Below, piece after piece: positions 11,628 to 20,238 of a DNA stretch of 64,000 bases (positions within the stretch are counted from its first letter, which is position 1; each line of letters opens with the position of its first letter). The notes below the pieces were generated by a model, which searched no databases, was not told the DNA's origin, and saw nothing but the letters and a program-made list of their open reading frames with translations. The DNA lies in IMG/VR virus record IMGVR_UViG_3300048910_000141; one strand, given 5' to 3'. The position numbers and the translations under genes are program-made. The DNA is from a virus.

Positions 11628-11869
11628 TAGCGGTAGCTCTCGGGCATGACGGTGTGGATGCTGGTGCGGTTGAAGTGGACTTCCGCGCCGGTGTGGACGC
11701 TGGTGCCGACATAGGTGTCCGGCATATCGGCGAACTCGGTTTGAATACCGATCACCCGTGCCCATTTCGTCGTTTCGGCAACGGCCGAACCATCCGGTTC
11801 AATATGTGAAGGATGGAGAAAATAGGGGTAGCTGTAGCCGACTGTGCGGCCGGCGAGATTATCCTTCAC
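11627..11869 (-). CDS. hypothetical protein between nrdA and nrdB
   Basis: 80-aa ORF, GTG start overlapping the nrdA stop, TAATG overlap with nrdB. Confidence 0.45.
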   Translation of the reverse strand: MKDNLAGRTVGYSYPYFLHPSHIEPDGSAVAETTKWARVIGIQTEFADMPDTYVGTSVHTGAEVHFNRTSIHTVMPESYR

Positions 11870-13622
11870 AGGCTAGGCATCCTTCTTCTTGAGCAGGAGC
11901 GATGAGTTCCATCTGCTCCACCTTGGTGTTCACGTTCTCGCCCTTCTGGAGGGTTTTGGTCCGCATGTAGTACATGGACTTGCTACCGCCGGCCCACGCC
12001 ATGGCATGCACTTCCATGAGGTATTCCGCGTCCACGGTAGCGGGAACAGAAATATTGAGCGAAATTCCTTGGTCGACGAACGGGGTGCGATCGTTGTTCA
12101 TCTGAACAGTATCGCGCTGGTCTGTCTCAAAGGCCGTCAAGAAGACCAGCTTCTCGGCCGGCGTCAGGAAGCTCAGATGCTGGACCGAGCCGTCATTGGC
12201 GAGAATGTCCTTCCACACCGCATCGGTGTTCTTGCCCTTGGCTTCCAGCAACGCTTCAAGTGCTGGGTTCTTGATCGTGTGCGAACCACTGAGCGTCTTG
12301 TGGATGTAGATGTTCTCCGGCCACTGCTCGATTGAAGGCGAGCAACCGAGGAAGATCGACGAAGACGCGTTTGGAGCAATGGCCATCTTGTGACCGAAGC
12401 GATGACCGGTACCGGCCATGTCGGGGGCTTCACCGCGCTCAGCGCCGAGCTTGAGCGACGCCGCGTCCGTCATCTTTTGCAGATGCTCGAACATCATGAT
12501 GTTGTAACCGCGCGCGAGGTCCGAACCCCACGGGATCATCTTACGCTGGAGGAAGGAGTGCAGACCCATCGCGCCGAGACCGACCGACCGCTCGTTCTTG
12601 GCTGAGTTGATGGCACGCCACATCGTCTCGGGATCGGCGTTTTCGATGAAGTCCGTCAGCGTGTTGTCGAGCATCCGCATCAGGTCTTCGATGAACAGTG
12701 GATCGTCCTTCCACTCCTCCCACTTGTCGAGGTTGGTGGACGACAGGCAGCACACGGCCGTGCGATCGGCCGAGGTCGGCAGCATGATCTCGGTGCAGAG
12801 ATTCGAATGATTGATGATCAGACCGAGCAGGCGAAGCGGCTCCGGAAGAGCCCGGTTCGCGGTGTCGGTGAACAGGATGAATGGCTCGCCGGTCTGGTGA
12901 CGCGTCTCGACAAGCTTACGGAACAGCGAGCGGGCGTTGACCTGCTTCTTGACCTTGCCAGTTTTTGGCGACACGAGATTCCACATCTCGTTACGCAACA
13001 CGGCCCACATAAATGCGTCCGGGATGTTGACTGCGTGGTGGAGATTGAGCGCCTTGCGATTGGCGTCGCCGCCCGAAGGCTTACGGATGCCGAGCCACTC
13101 TTCGATCTCGGGGTGCGAGATGTCGAGATATCCGCAATAGGAACCGCGACGCGTCTTGCCCTGCGAGAAGGCGAGCATCAAACGATCGATGACGGTTACG
13201 AACGGGATGCCACCCGACGACGCTGAGCCCTTCGAGGTTTCCTCCGGCCCACGCACGGCGATGTAACCACCGACGCCGCCTCCCATGCTGGACAGCATGG
13301 AGGTCTCCTCGTAGTGGTCGAGAATGCCCTGACGACTGTCCGGCATGTAGTTCAGATAACAGGAAATCGGAAGTCCACGCTTCGTCCCACCGTTGGACAG
13401 CAACGGGGTTGCGAACATGAACCAACCCTTGGTCACATACTCGTAGAGACGCTGGGCATGAGCGGCATCATCAGCGAAGGCGGCGCAGGCGCGCGCGAAG
13501 GCATGTTGCGGACTGGTTTCCCCGGCGACGAGATAGCGATCGGCGAGAGTTTCGAGGGCGTGTTGCGACAGGCGTGCATCACGCCCGAGGTCGATTACGA
13601 CCTCGTTCGGGGAGACTGGCAT
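11859..13622 (-). CDS. nrdA: ribonucleotide reductase large (alpha) subunit, short form without ATP-cone
   Basis: Active-site SNLCTEI, C-terminal redox pair CLACEG, 587 aa. Confidence 0.9.
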   Translation of the reverse strand: MPVSPNEVVIDLGRDARLSQHALETLADRYLVAGETSPQHAFARACAAFADDAAHAQRLYEYVTKGWFMFATPLLSNGGTKRGLPISCYLNYMPDSRQGILDHYEETSMLSSMGGGVGGYIAVRGPEETSKGSASSGGIPFVTVIDRLMLAFSQGKTRRGSYCGYLDISHPEIEEWLGIRKPSGGDANRKALNLHHAVNIPDAFMWAVLRNEMWNLVSPKTGKVKKQVNARSLFRKLVETRHQTGEPFILFTDTANRALPEPLRLLGLIINHSNLCTEIMLPTSADRTAVCCLSSTNLDKWEEWKDDPLFIEDLMRMLDNTLTDFIENADPETMWRAINSAKNERSVGLGAMGLHSFLQRKMIPWGSDLARGYNIMMFEHLQKMTDAASLKLGAERGEAPDMAGTGHRFGHKMAIAPNASSSIFLGCSPSIEQWPENIYIHKTLSGSHTIKNPALEALLEAKGKNTDAVWKDILANDGSVQHLSFLTPAEKLVFLTAFETDQRDTVQMNNDRTPFVDQGISLNISVPATVDAEYLMEVHAMAWAGGSKSMYYMRTKTLQKGENVNTKVEQMELIAPAQEEGCLACEG

Positions 13623-13665
13623 ATTGATGTGGGGTCCGCTTTACGGGAGTGACAAAGGGCCGAGC

Positions 13666-13694
13666 AGTATATGCAAACTAACCTAAAAAGGCAA
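13666..13694 (-). promoter_or_regulatory. promoter of the nrd operon (TTGCCT-N17-TATACT, GTTAGTTT in spacer)
   Basis: Minus strand reads TTGCCTttttagGTTAGTTTgcaTATACT, about 40 nt upstream of the nrdA ATG. Confidence 0.55.
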
Positions 13695-13761
13695 GAAGTC
13701 TATTTTTGCTAACCCATCTTGACACGAATTTTCTGGGATCGGGACGGCTGTGCAATGGGTA

Positions 13762-14196
13762 TCAGAACGGCACTCCGGCCTGCCAACGACCCGATGAAGC
13801 GAAGTCCATCCGCTGGTAGTATCGAGGGGTGTGACGGAAGCGGCTCGACGGGTAAGCTGCGCCGAAGGTGTCACCGACGATCCAGAAGATGCCGGCGTGG
13901 TCACGGATAGCACCTACCATGTGGTTGACTTGACCGTAGACCGTGCCCTCGGCAGTGACCATAACGCGCCAACGCGAGGATCGTGCTGCGCCGTTCCGAC
14001 CGAGAGCATCGAGTGTCGTGGTCGTGAGATCGTCACAATCACCTGCCCACCGGCGGCCCGCCAACACGTCCTGATAGAAGGACTGCCAGCGGTCCACCAC
14101 GTCGGCCCGGTAATCGAAGCCGCGCCGGCAGATCGCGTCGACCCGCTTGATCTCATCACTTCGCATGGTGACACCAATCGAGCTTCGGCTGATCAT
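13762..14196 (-). CDS. transglutaminase-like cysteine peptidase (BTLCP/C93-like)
   Basis: D.WQS...GDCDDLTTTTLDAL...NHMVGAI...D in Cys-His-Asp order; start uncertain (ATG 14196 or 14166). Confidence 0.55.
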   Translation of the reverse strand: MISRSSIGVTMRSDEIKRVDAICRRGFDYRADVVDRWQSFYQDVLAGRRWAGDCDDLTTTTLDALGRNGAARSSRWRVMVTAEGTVYGQVNHMVGAIRDHAGIFWIVGDTFGAAYPSSRFRHTPRYYQRMDFASSGRWQAGVPF

Positions 14197-14311
14197 GGCA
14201 CTGCGCCGACACAGCTTCGTCCCAATAGTGAATTTCCTCGCCGGGCGCGACGCGGTGATGAGCGCAGCCGCCGAGCAAGATCGCCAGAAGAAGAAGCGAC
14301 GCTCGGATCAT
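14156..14311 (-). CDS. small lipoprotein ORF (51 aa, below ORF-track cutoff)
   Basis: MIRASLLLLAILLGGC lipobox LGGC; ATGA overlap with upstream stop; overlaps the start of 13762-14196 in another frame. Confidence 0.4.
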   Translation of the reverse strand: MIRASLLLLAILLGGCAHHRVAPGEEIHYWDEAVSAQCHDQPKLDWCHHAK

Positions 14312-14913
14312 AGGACCTTCGATAACGCGTTGGCGATATCGAAGCGGGGCAGGGCGAGGCCGGTACCATATGCCCAGCGGCCGAACTCATGATGCTCGCG
14401 GATTCCGTAGGAACCAATCTCGATCCCGCCAAGGTCGATATCGCTTGATCCCTCGAAGGTCTTTACCGACAGATGATTAGCCCTTGCGTGGACCATGAAA
14501 AAATCCATCGCGGAAGCGCGGATCGCTTCTTCTGTCGCCTCTGGCCGGTTGTCGAAAAGCTCTACCTTCATGAAAGCGGTGCGGGTGAAGATGTTCTGTT
14601 CATCCTCGCAGCGAAAGCACGGCGTCACCCCGACATAGCGGCCGGGCGCCAAATCAAGCGTTAGAAAACCCTGCTCTGCCGATCCGACCAAAGCCGACGC
14701 GTCGCCGCGTGTCTCCAACAGGTCTGTCCGGGGACCATAGTCGCCACCGTGATGGCAGGCGGTGCCGATCTGCCAGAAATCGAAGCCTTCTGGGAGTGTC
14801 GCTCGGACGACATAGTCCGAAACCAGCCACGGAACCTCGACATAGGTATAGCTGAATCTTTCGTAGAAGTGGATGGCCTCGCCAAGCAGCCAGTAATTGA
14901 TTTTGGGTGTCAT
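14308..14913 (-). CDS. class II aminoacyl-tRNA-synthetase-like catalytic core (201 aa, no anticodon-binding domain)
   Basis: Motif 1-like FSYTYVEVPWLV, motif 2-like CFRCEDEQNIFTRTAFMKVELF, motif 3-like GTGLALPRFDIA. Confidence 0.5.
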   Translation of the reverse strand: MTPKINYWLLGEAIHFYERFSYTYVEVPWLVSDYVVRATLPEGFDFWQIGTACHHGGDYGPRTDLLETRGDASALVGSAEQGFLTLDLAPGRYVGVTPCFRCEDEQNIFTRTAFMKVELFDNRPEATEEAIRASAMDFFMVHARANHLSVKTFEGSSDIDLGGIEIGSYGIREHHEFGRWAYGTGLALPRFDIANALSKVL

Positions 14914-15248
14914 GCAGCCAATCCAATCTTGTAGCCGTACTCGCGCACGCTCTCGATCACGATCGGCACACCAGCCTCCGCGAACTTGCGACGGATTTTG
15001 CAGATACGAGTCCTCACCACATCCGTGCCGCAGTATTCACCGCTGGGCAGGATCGCGAGCGCATCATAGGACGCCCGGCCGCGCCGCATCATCGTGTAAA
15101 GCTGACGTGATTCCGCCGGGGAAATGTTGAGCCGCTTACCCTTCCACAAGGTCTCGGGCGGGTTATAGCTGACGGCCAGATCGCCGAGCGTCAGCGTGTC
15201 TGGCGTCTCGGCGCCGCAATGCGGGCAGCAAGGAACGGGCGGTATCAC
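14910..15248 (-). CDS. OmpR/PhoB-type winged-helix DNA-binding protein with N-terminal zinc ribbon
   Basis: CCPHCG; C-terminal LSPAESRQLYTMM...VRTRICKIRRKF...IESVREYGYKI matches the Trans_reg_C pattern. Confidence 0.6.
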   Translation of the reverse strand: MIPPVPCCPHCGAETPDTLTLGDLAVSYNPPETLWKGKRLNISPAESRQLYTMMRRGRASYDALAILPSGEYCGTDVVRTRICKIRRKFAEAGVPIVIESVREYGYKIGLAA

Positions 15249-15526
15249 GTCCGCGCCTCCCGGTGCCCGGACTCGAACACACGCTTGGTCACCTCGGCCA
15301 TTTCGTCGAGATCGTTGATGGTGATCGATGGGTGGTGCTTGGCTAGCCAGCCCTTGATCGCACCAATCAGGTCCGATAGCTCGACAAGCGCCATGATCGC
15401 GACACCCTGCCGCAGGGCATCGTCGAACTCATCGACCTCCTCGAAAATCTTCGAGACCTCACCGAACTCGCCGCGAGCGATGTTGGTAAGGTGGTAGCCC
15501 TGTGGTTTGTCCACCGCCTCAGTCAT
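15245..15526 (-). CDS. MazG-like nucleotide pyrophosphohydrolase
   Basis: GEFGEVSKIFEEVDEFDDA...LVELSDLIGAI; ATG 15526 chosen. Confidence 0.5.
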   Translation of the reverse strand: MTEAVDKPQGYHLTNIARGEFGEVSKIFEEVDEFDDALRQGVAIMALVELSDLIGAIKGWLAKHHPSITINDLDEMAEVTKRVFESGHREART

Positions 15527-15911
15527 CGAGGCCGGTCGTTTCGAAAAAGTCCACGCTCTCGGAATAATATCCGTTGCTTTGACCATTGAAGCGAAGGGTC
15601 ACGTCACCGCCATGAGTGCGTAGCTTGTAGAAGGTCCACGTCCCGCTTTCACTGGCGTTCGAATCTTCTTCTCTGATCTCTTCCGCAAGGAGGACCGGAC
15701 CGTCGTTAACGAGATCGGAAAGCTCGCCAATTACTTCGGCAAGGTAGACGTACTCGCAACAATCCTGCCGGTGATAGAGGACGAACGAACACCCGTCATC
15801 GGTATCGAAGAATACCGCATCCTCCAGTTGGAACTTACCGACTTCGGCCCGCGTCAGGACGCGATCAAGCAACACGTCGAACGAACGCATTTCATTATAC
15901 GAAACGTACAT
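15519..15911 (-). CDS. hypothetical protein
   Basis: 130-aa ORF with HRQDCCEYV motif. Confidence 0.6.
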   Translation of the reverse strand: MYVSYNEMRSFDVLLDRVLTRAEVGKFQLEDAVFFDTDDGCSFVLYHRQDCCEYVYLAEVIGELSDLVNDGPVLLAEEIREEDSNASESGTWTFYKLRTHGGDVTLRFNGQSNGYYSESVDFFETTGLDD

Positions 15912-15947
15912 TGATACTCTCGGCTCAGCCGACGTGGGGGCGATGCG

Positions 15948-16100
15948 CTAGAACCAGCGTCCGATCGCGGCACCAAGCGCCAGCAGGGAAATGTGATAGA
16001 TGACAACCGTGATGCAGCCGGTGACGAAGCAGCCCTTCGTGAACACCCGCTCCAGAACACCAAACGGGGCGTCGAACATCTCCGCGATGTGGTTACTCAT
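15948..16100 (-). CDS. small membrane protein
   Basis: MSNHIAEMF...CITVVIYHISLLALGAAIGRWF; preceded by promoter cassette 16121-16149. Confidence 0.5.
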   Translation of the reverse strand: MSNHIAEMFDAPFGVLERVFTKGCFVTGCITVVIYHISLLALGAAIGRWF

Positions 16101-16120
16101 AATCGCCTCCGTTGCCTTTG

Positions 16121-16149
16121 GAGTTAGCCAAACTAACTCCAAAGGTCAA
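16121..16149 (-). promoter_or_regulatory. promoter cassette (TTGACC-N17-TAACTC, GTTAGTTT in spacer)
   Basis: Minus: TTGACCtttggaGTTAGTTTggcTAACTC. Confidence 0.55.
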
Positions 16150-16161
16150 GCGAAATGGAGA

Positions 16162-16287
16162 TCAGGCGAAGACGAACTTCGCCATCGCCGCGATCGTCAA
16201 CCCGGTGATAGCGACCCCGGCCGAAGCACAGAAAACGAACCACACACGGAACGCGACAGGCATTTGCCTCCACATGTCAGCGAACAT
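16162..16287 (-). CDS. small membrane protein (41 aa)
   Basis: MFADMWRQMPVAFRVWFVFCASAGVAITGLTIAAMAKFVFA; ATGA coupling. Confidence 0.4.
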   Translation of the reverse strand: MFADMWRQMPVAFRVWFVFCASAGVAITGLTIAAMAKFVFA

Positions 16288-16439
16288 CAGAACACTCCGA
16301 GATATTTGAGGGCGACGGCCGCGATCAGACCGAAGAAGGCAAGCTTGACGATGACGACACAGCCGCAGCCGATTAGCTGCCCTGCCGCTTCTTCCCTCTG
16401 CTTGCGACGTAGAGCGTCGTGATATGACCAGTCTGCCAT
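16287..16439 (-). CDS. small membrane protein (50 aa)
   Basis: MADWSYHDALRRKQREEAAGQLIGCGCVVIVKLAFFGLIAAVALKYLGVF; ATGA coupling. Confidence 0.4.
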   Translation of the reverse strand: MADWSYHDALRRKQREEAAGQLIGCGCVVIVKLAFFGLIAAVALKYLGVF

Positions 16440-17038
16440 CAGTGCACCGTGGGCTTGTCGGCGCGCTGCTGGGCGGCAACATCGCTGTAGCCGTCCTTGT
16501 AGCGGACACCGAGTTTCGAGATGTTGGTGGCGAGAATTTCCGACAGCGTGATTCCGAAGAAGTCGCGGATCGTCTCCAGCACAGCTTGGAACTCTCCGAG
16601 CGCGGTGACAATCGCGGCGCGGTCCAGTTCCTTGTTGTAGATGACCCACTTCTTCACGGCGTCGAACACGTCCGCCGCCTTGCCGGGGAGGGCGAAGATC
16701 GCCTCTTCCATTTCGATTCCATTCACTGGGCCGGCGGCACATACCTCCGCGCGGGAGATGCCGAGCGGCGCTCGTAGACCTTCCGTGTAGAACTCAAGAT
16801 CGCCGAGTTCTTCGACGACGTTCTCGATGTCGAGCGTGTAGTCGCGGAAGAGGTGATCCGCCAGCGGGGCGAAGAGTTCGCCGGCCTCACCGGGGATGCA
16901 CGAGGCCATATGCCATGCATGCGCTTTGTCCCCGGTAAGGCTGTCGAGAATGGCGTCACCGCTCTTGGCAAGATTGGCGACGAGTTGGGGGTGGGTGATC
17001 TGCTGCCCGGACGGCAGCGGGAAGAATGCGTTGTTCAA
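16439..17038 (-). CDS. MazG-like NTP pyrophosphohydrolase (two-lobed)
   Basis: GEAGELF, EELGDLEFY, NISKLGVRYKDGYS; TTG 17038 six nt after AGGAG (ORF track start 17077 overlaps the upstream gene). Confidence 0.6.
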   Translation of the reverse strand: MNNAFFPLPSGQQITHPQLVANLAKSGDAILDSLTGDKAHAWHMASCIPGEAGELFAPLADHLFRDYTLDIENVVEELGDLEFYTEGLRAPLGISRAEVCAAGPVNGIEMEEAIFALPGKAADVFDAVKKWVIYNKELDRAAIVTALGEFQAVLETIRDFFGITLSEILATNISKLGVRYKDGYSDVAAQQRADKPTVH

Positions 17039-17048
17039 GGAACTCCTA

Positions 17049-17330
17049 TCAGGCCGCCTCCTCGGCTGCCGTGTCATTGGCCGGCGCGTCGATCTTCTGG
17101 TCCGGGTTCACGATCGTACCGCCGGGGTTGCTGCGCATGATATCTTCTGCGTAATCCCAGACCTGCTTGAGGAACACGGGGTTCCCCATCTGGTCCTTGA
17201 GGAATACTGCGAAGAAGTGAGCGGCTGTGACGTGACCATCGTCGAGCTTGGTCCCTTCAATGACAACGTCGCAGGAGACGGTGCCGTCGTCGAGGTTGAT
17301 GTCTTCGATGGTGATTACTGCCTTAGCCAT
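17049..17330 (-). CDS. hypothetical protein
   Basis: 93-aa ORF. Confidence 0.6.
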   Translation of the reverse strand: MAKAVITIEDINLDDGTVSCDVVIEGTKLDDGHVTAAHFFAVFLKDQMGNPVFLKQVWDYAEDIMRSNPGGTIVNPDQKIDAPANDTAAEEAA

Positions 17331-17415
17331 TAGTAGCGCCTTCCTGTTCCTGTTTGGTTCCTATTGGACCATGACCCATAACTAGGCTTGTAGGAAAGCG
17401 CTTTTTCGCGCCGGC

Positions 17416-18021
17416 CTATAGCCCTTGCAAAACGGTGAGAAAACGGAACTGGAACTCTTGAATGGCTTGCTGGGTAAAGCCCGGCAGACCCTTCCGATTG
17501 GCGATCCGACGACTCGCGGGAAGCGAGGCGATCAGACTGTCGATCAGAGCTTCACTTTCGTGTTCGCCCTCCTGCGGAGTGATCCAGTCCGCTTCGATGC
17601 CAAGCGTGACACCTCCTTCGTCCTCGATCCCGCTTCCTTCATTGGGAAACCGAACATCAGTGATGACGACCTTGTTACCGGTCTCCATCAGGTCCTGTGT
17701 CCGACGCATCGTCGCGCCATGCCACAAGTCCTCTCCGATGAGCTTCCGCCCCCATTCGGTGCCGAGCGTCTGCATCGCATAGCGAGGCGTCTTCCCGGCC
17801 AGATACTCGGTGGGTACCTCTTTCAGGTCACCCTCGATCATCCGTTCGATCGTCTCCTTGTCCACCCCCTGATAGGCGAGAACAGTGGCGATCATTTCCT
17901 TCAAGGCGCCCGCGAACTTGACGTTCACAAACCCTTGATTCAGCAGCGTTTCAGCCGCCGTATCCTTGCCCGATCCCTTGCGACCGATGAGGCCGATCAG
18001 GTGGGGCAATGTCGATGTCAT
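17416..18021 (-). CDS. deoxynucleoside monophosphate kinase
   Basis: P-loop GLIGRKGSGKDT followed by FAGALKEM, typical of phage dNMP kinases. Confidence 0.7.
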   Translation of the reverse strand: MTSTLPHLIGLIGRKGSGKDTAAETLLNQGFVNVKFAGALKEMIATVLAYQGVDKETIERMIEGDLKEVPTEYLAGKTPRYAMQTLGTEWGRKLIGEDLWHGATMRRTQDLMETGNKVVITDVRFPNEGSGIEDEGGVTLGIEADWITPQEGEHESEALIDSLIASLPASRRIANRKGLPGFTQQAIQEFQFRFLTVLQGL

Positions 18022-18215
18022 GGTTGTAATCTCCGCGTTAGTTTCGATCCAGTGCAAGCGATGAACCGGTAGAAAAAAGGGGTTGAACCGATGGAACCCG
18101 TCGTTAACACGTTACCGAAACGAACAGGGCCGGCAGGCCGCAAACGGCTGAAAAGCGGGGCTTGTTTCGGAAACGTTACGTTAACACGTTGGCCGAAATG
18201 TCCATTGTGGGTATA

Positions 18216-19550
18216 TCAGTCAGCGACGATAACTAGACGTTCCGCAGCACGGGTGATTGCCGTGTAAAGCCACTGATCGGCGGCCTCTTTGAACACGTAT
18301 GATTCGTCGTGGACGATCACCTCATCCCACTGCGAACCTTGCGATTTGTGGCAGGTGATGGCCCAGCCGAAGTCGATGTGATTGTCCGTTACCTTCGACT
18401 TGAAGGCGGCAGATTTCGACGCCGACGAGAAGTTCGGTTCGCGCGTGACGTGCTGTTCGAACAAGCCTTGGAAGGCGTACATCTCATGCAGGACGCCTTC
18501 GTCGTTGTGGACGCGTGCGAGGAACCGAGCCATGCCGTCCTCGGCGTCGCCGTGATCCATCGCCGAGAACACCTGCGTGCCATTGACCAGCGTGGGGTGC
18601 TGCTTCGAGTTCTTGCACATGATCAGCGGCTCGCCCTCCATCGGGAGGGTCGACTCAAAGCCACCGGCCTTCCGAAGACGGCTCGTGGTTTTCCAGCGGT
18701 GCTTGTTCGTGCCGACGATGATCTGGGCGTCGCGCTCCAGATCGAGCGTGTAGATGTCCTTCTTGCGCGGGACGATCAGCACACCGTCGCCGTAATCGCC
18801 AAAGTCGGCACGTCCGCCCTTGCGAACGATCGTCGCGATGCGGATGATCGGGTTCTCAGCAGCCTGACGATGCACCTCGGTGAGGAACACGTCGGCCGAT
18901 CCATCGAAGAAGCCCGGATCATCACCGACCGGCGGAAGCTGTCCGGGATCACCCATCACCATGATGGGAATCTCGAAATACTCCATGTCTTCGGCGATCT
19001 TCTTGCCGACCATCGAGCCTTCGTCGCAGATGATGAGACGGATGTTCTCCTGCGTCAGGCGGGAGTCGGCGTTCATCTGGAAGCGCAGATCGTTAGTGTC
19101 GTACGCGCGATCGAGGTCCTTGGTGAGGATAGCGATCTGGGTGTCGAGCGTCTTGAGATCGGCGCGCAGGTCACCGGACGGCGGCGGGATGATCCCGGCC
19201 TTCATCTCGACGTACTGCTTCTTGTGATCCTCAAGCTCGCGCTCGATGATCTCGGCACGCTGCGGCTTGGGCAGGTAGATGAGCGAGTGGATCGTCGTCG
19301 GGTAGACGTTGATCCCTTGGGCGCGTAGCTTTTCGCCCATGATCTTCGCGGCCTTCCCGGTCGGCGCACAGAAGGCAACCTCGGAAGGTGAGAGTCCGGT
19401 GGACTCCATGATATCGGGCAGGATGGTGGACTTACCGGTGCCGGCGAACCCCGCGAGACGAAACACCGGCTGATGTGCGGTGTCGTTGCGGAACCAGTTC
19501 GCGACTTTCTTGACGGCGGCCCCCTGCTGCGGTGACAGGGTGAATCCCAT
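18216..19550 (-). CDS. Dda/RecD-like SF1 DNA helicase
   Basis: Walker A GFAGTGKST, Walker B ICDEGSMV, GDPGQLPPV, TCHKSQGSQWDEVIV, YTAITRAAERL. Confidence 0.85.
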   Translation of the reverse strand: MGFTLSPQQGAAVKKVANWFRNDTAHQPVFRLAGFAGTGKSTILPDIMESTGLSPSEVAFCAPTGKAAKIMGEKLRAQGINVYPTTIHSLIYLPKPQRAEIIERELEDHKKQYVEMKAGIIPPPSGDLRADLKTLDTQIAILTKDLDRAYDTNDLRFQMNADSRLTQENIRLIICDEGSMVGKKIAEDMEYFEIPIMVMGDPGQLPPVGDDPGFFDGSADVFLTEVHRQAAENPIIRIATIVRKGGRADFGDYGDGVLIVPRKKDIYTLDLERDAQIIVGTNKHRWKTTSRLRKAGGFESTLPMEGEPLIMCKNSKQHPTLVNGTQVFSAMDHGDAEDGMARFLARVHNDEGVLHEMYAFQGLFEQHVTREPNFSSASKSAAFKSKVTDNHIDFGWAITCHKSQGSQWDEVIVHDESYVFKEAADQWLYTAITRAAERLVIVAD

Positions 19551-19556
19551 GATCCC

Positions 19557-19862
19557 TCAGGCGAGCTTGATGTTGATCTTCGCCGGCTCACCTCTGACCT
19601 TCTGGATCAGCACCCATGCGAGGCACATCGGAAGGTAGCAGCAGGCGGCGAGGAAGATGACGACCCACGAGATCACGAGCGTGATCGGCCAGCGGGCCAC
19701 GAGATAGCTTACGCGGACGCCCTGAGTGATCGCCGCGAAAAGCCGCGCCGCCGCTTGCTGCACGGCCTCGGGGTCCTTCTTCCAATACTGGTACACGACG
19801 ATTGCGGTCGTGAAGACGAGGAGGATGAGAGGTCCGGCAACAAGCGGCGGAACGGTCTTCAT
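19557..19862 (-). CDS. membrane protein
   Basis: Three hydrophobic segments. Confidence 0.6.
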   Translation of the reverse strand: MKTVPPLVAGPLILLVFTTAIVVYQYWKKDPEAVQQAAARLFAAITQGVRVSYLVARWPITLVISWVVIFLAACCYLPMCLAWVLIQKVRGEPAKINIKLA

Positions 19863-19865
19863 GAC

Positions 19866-20165
19866 TTACGCCTTCTTGGGCGAAGTCGGCTCGGGCGCGT
19901 GGAAGCCCGGCGAACGGACCTCGAACAGTGCAAGCCCGGCGGAGAGGAAATCGCGAAATTCCTGTTCGCCCATCACCAGCGCGCCGCGCCCGTTGACGCT
20001 GACGGTCCAAGTGATCTGCGGCACCTTTTCGCCGTGCATCACATTGACGAGGACGTTGCTCTTCTCACAGAAGGCGCCGTTGATCTTGACGCCGGGACTC
20101 TGCTCGAAGTCACCGGTAATCTGAGCGTCGGGAAGACGCTTGAGGAAGTCGAATGGGCTGGACAC
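19866..20165 (-). CDS. hypothetical protein
   Basis: 99-aa ORF. Confidence 0.6.
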   Translation of the reverse strand: MSSPFDFLKRLPDAQITGDFEQSPGVKINGAFCEKSNVLVNVMHGEKVPQITWTVSVNGRGALVMGEQEFRDFLSAGLALFEVRSPGFHAPEPTSPKKA

Positions 20166-20238
20166 AGAGGTCTCCTGAGCCCGCCGGGCGCGAGGCCCGG
20201 CGGGTGCTGATTGTCAGCAGTGGGGAAGTGCTTCGAGG

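Noticed and set aside
18095-18195. Repeated GTTAACACGTT elements and complementary CCGAAAC/GTTTCGG arms between the helicase and dNMP kinase genes.
   Set aside because: This is probably just an intergenic terminator or hairpin. No promoter hexamers or recurrence elsewhere in the window turn it into a specific claim.
18309-19328. 339-aa plus-strand ORF antisense to the helicase. Similar long antisense ORFs occur at 26310-27254, 28227-29885, 32340-33266, 34524-35387, 37710-38705 and 39435-40553.
   Set aside because: These are shadow ORFs typical of high-GC DNA. They are Arg/Asp/Val/Gly-rich with no motifs, and the opposite strand carries strongly motif-supported genes.
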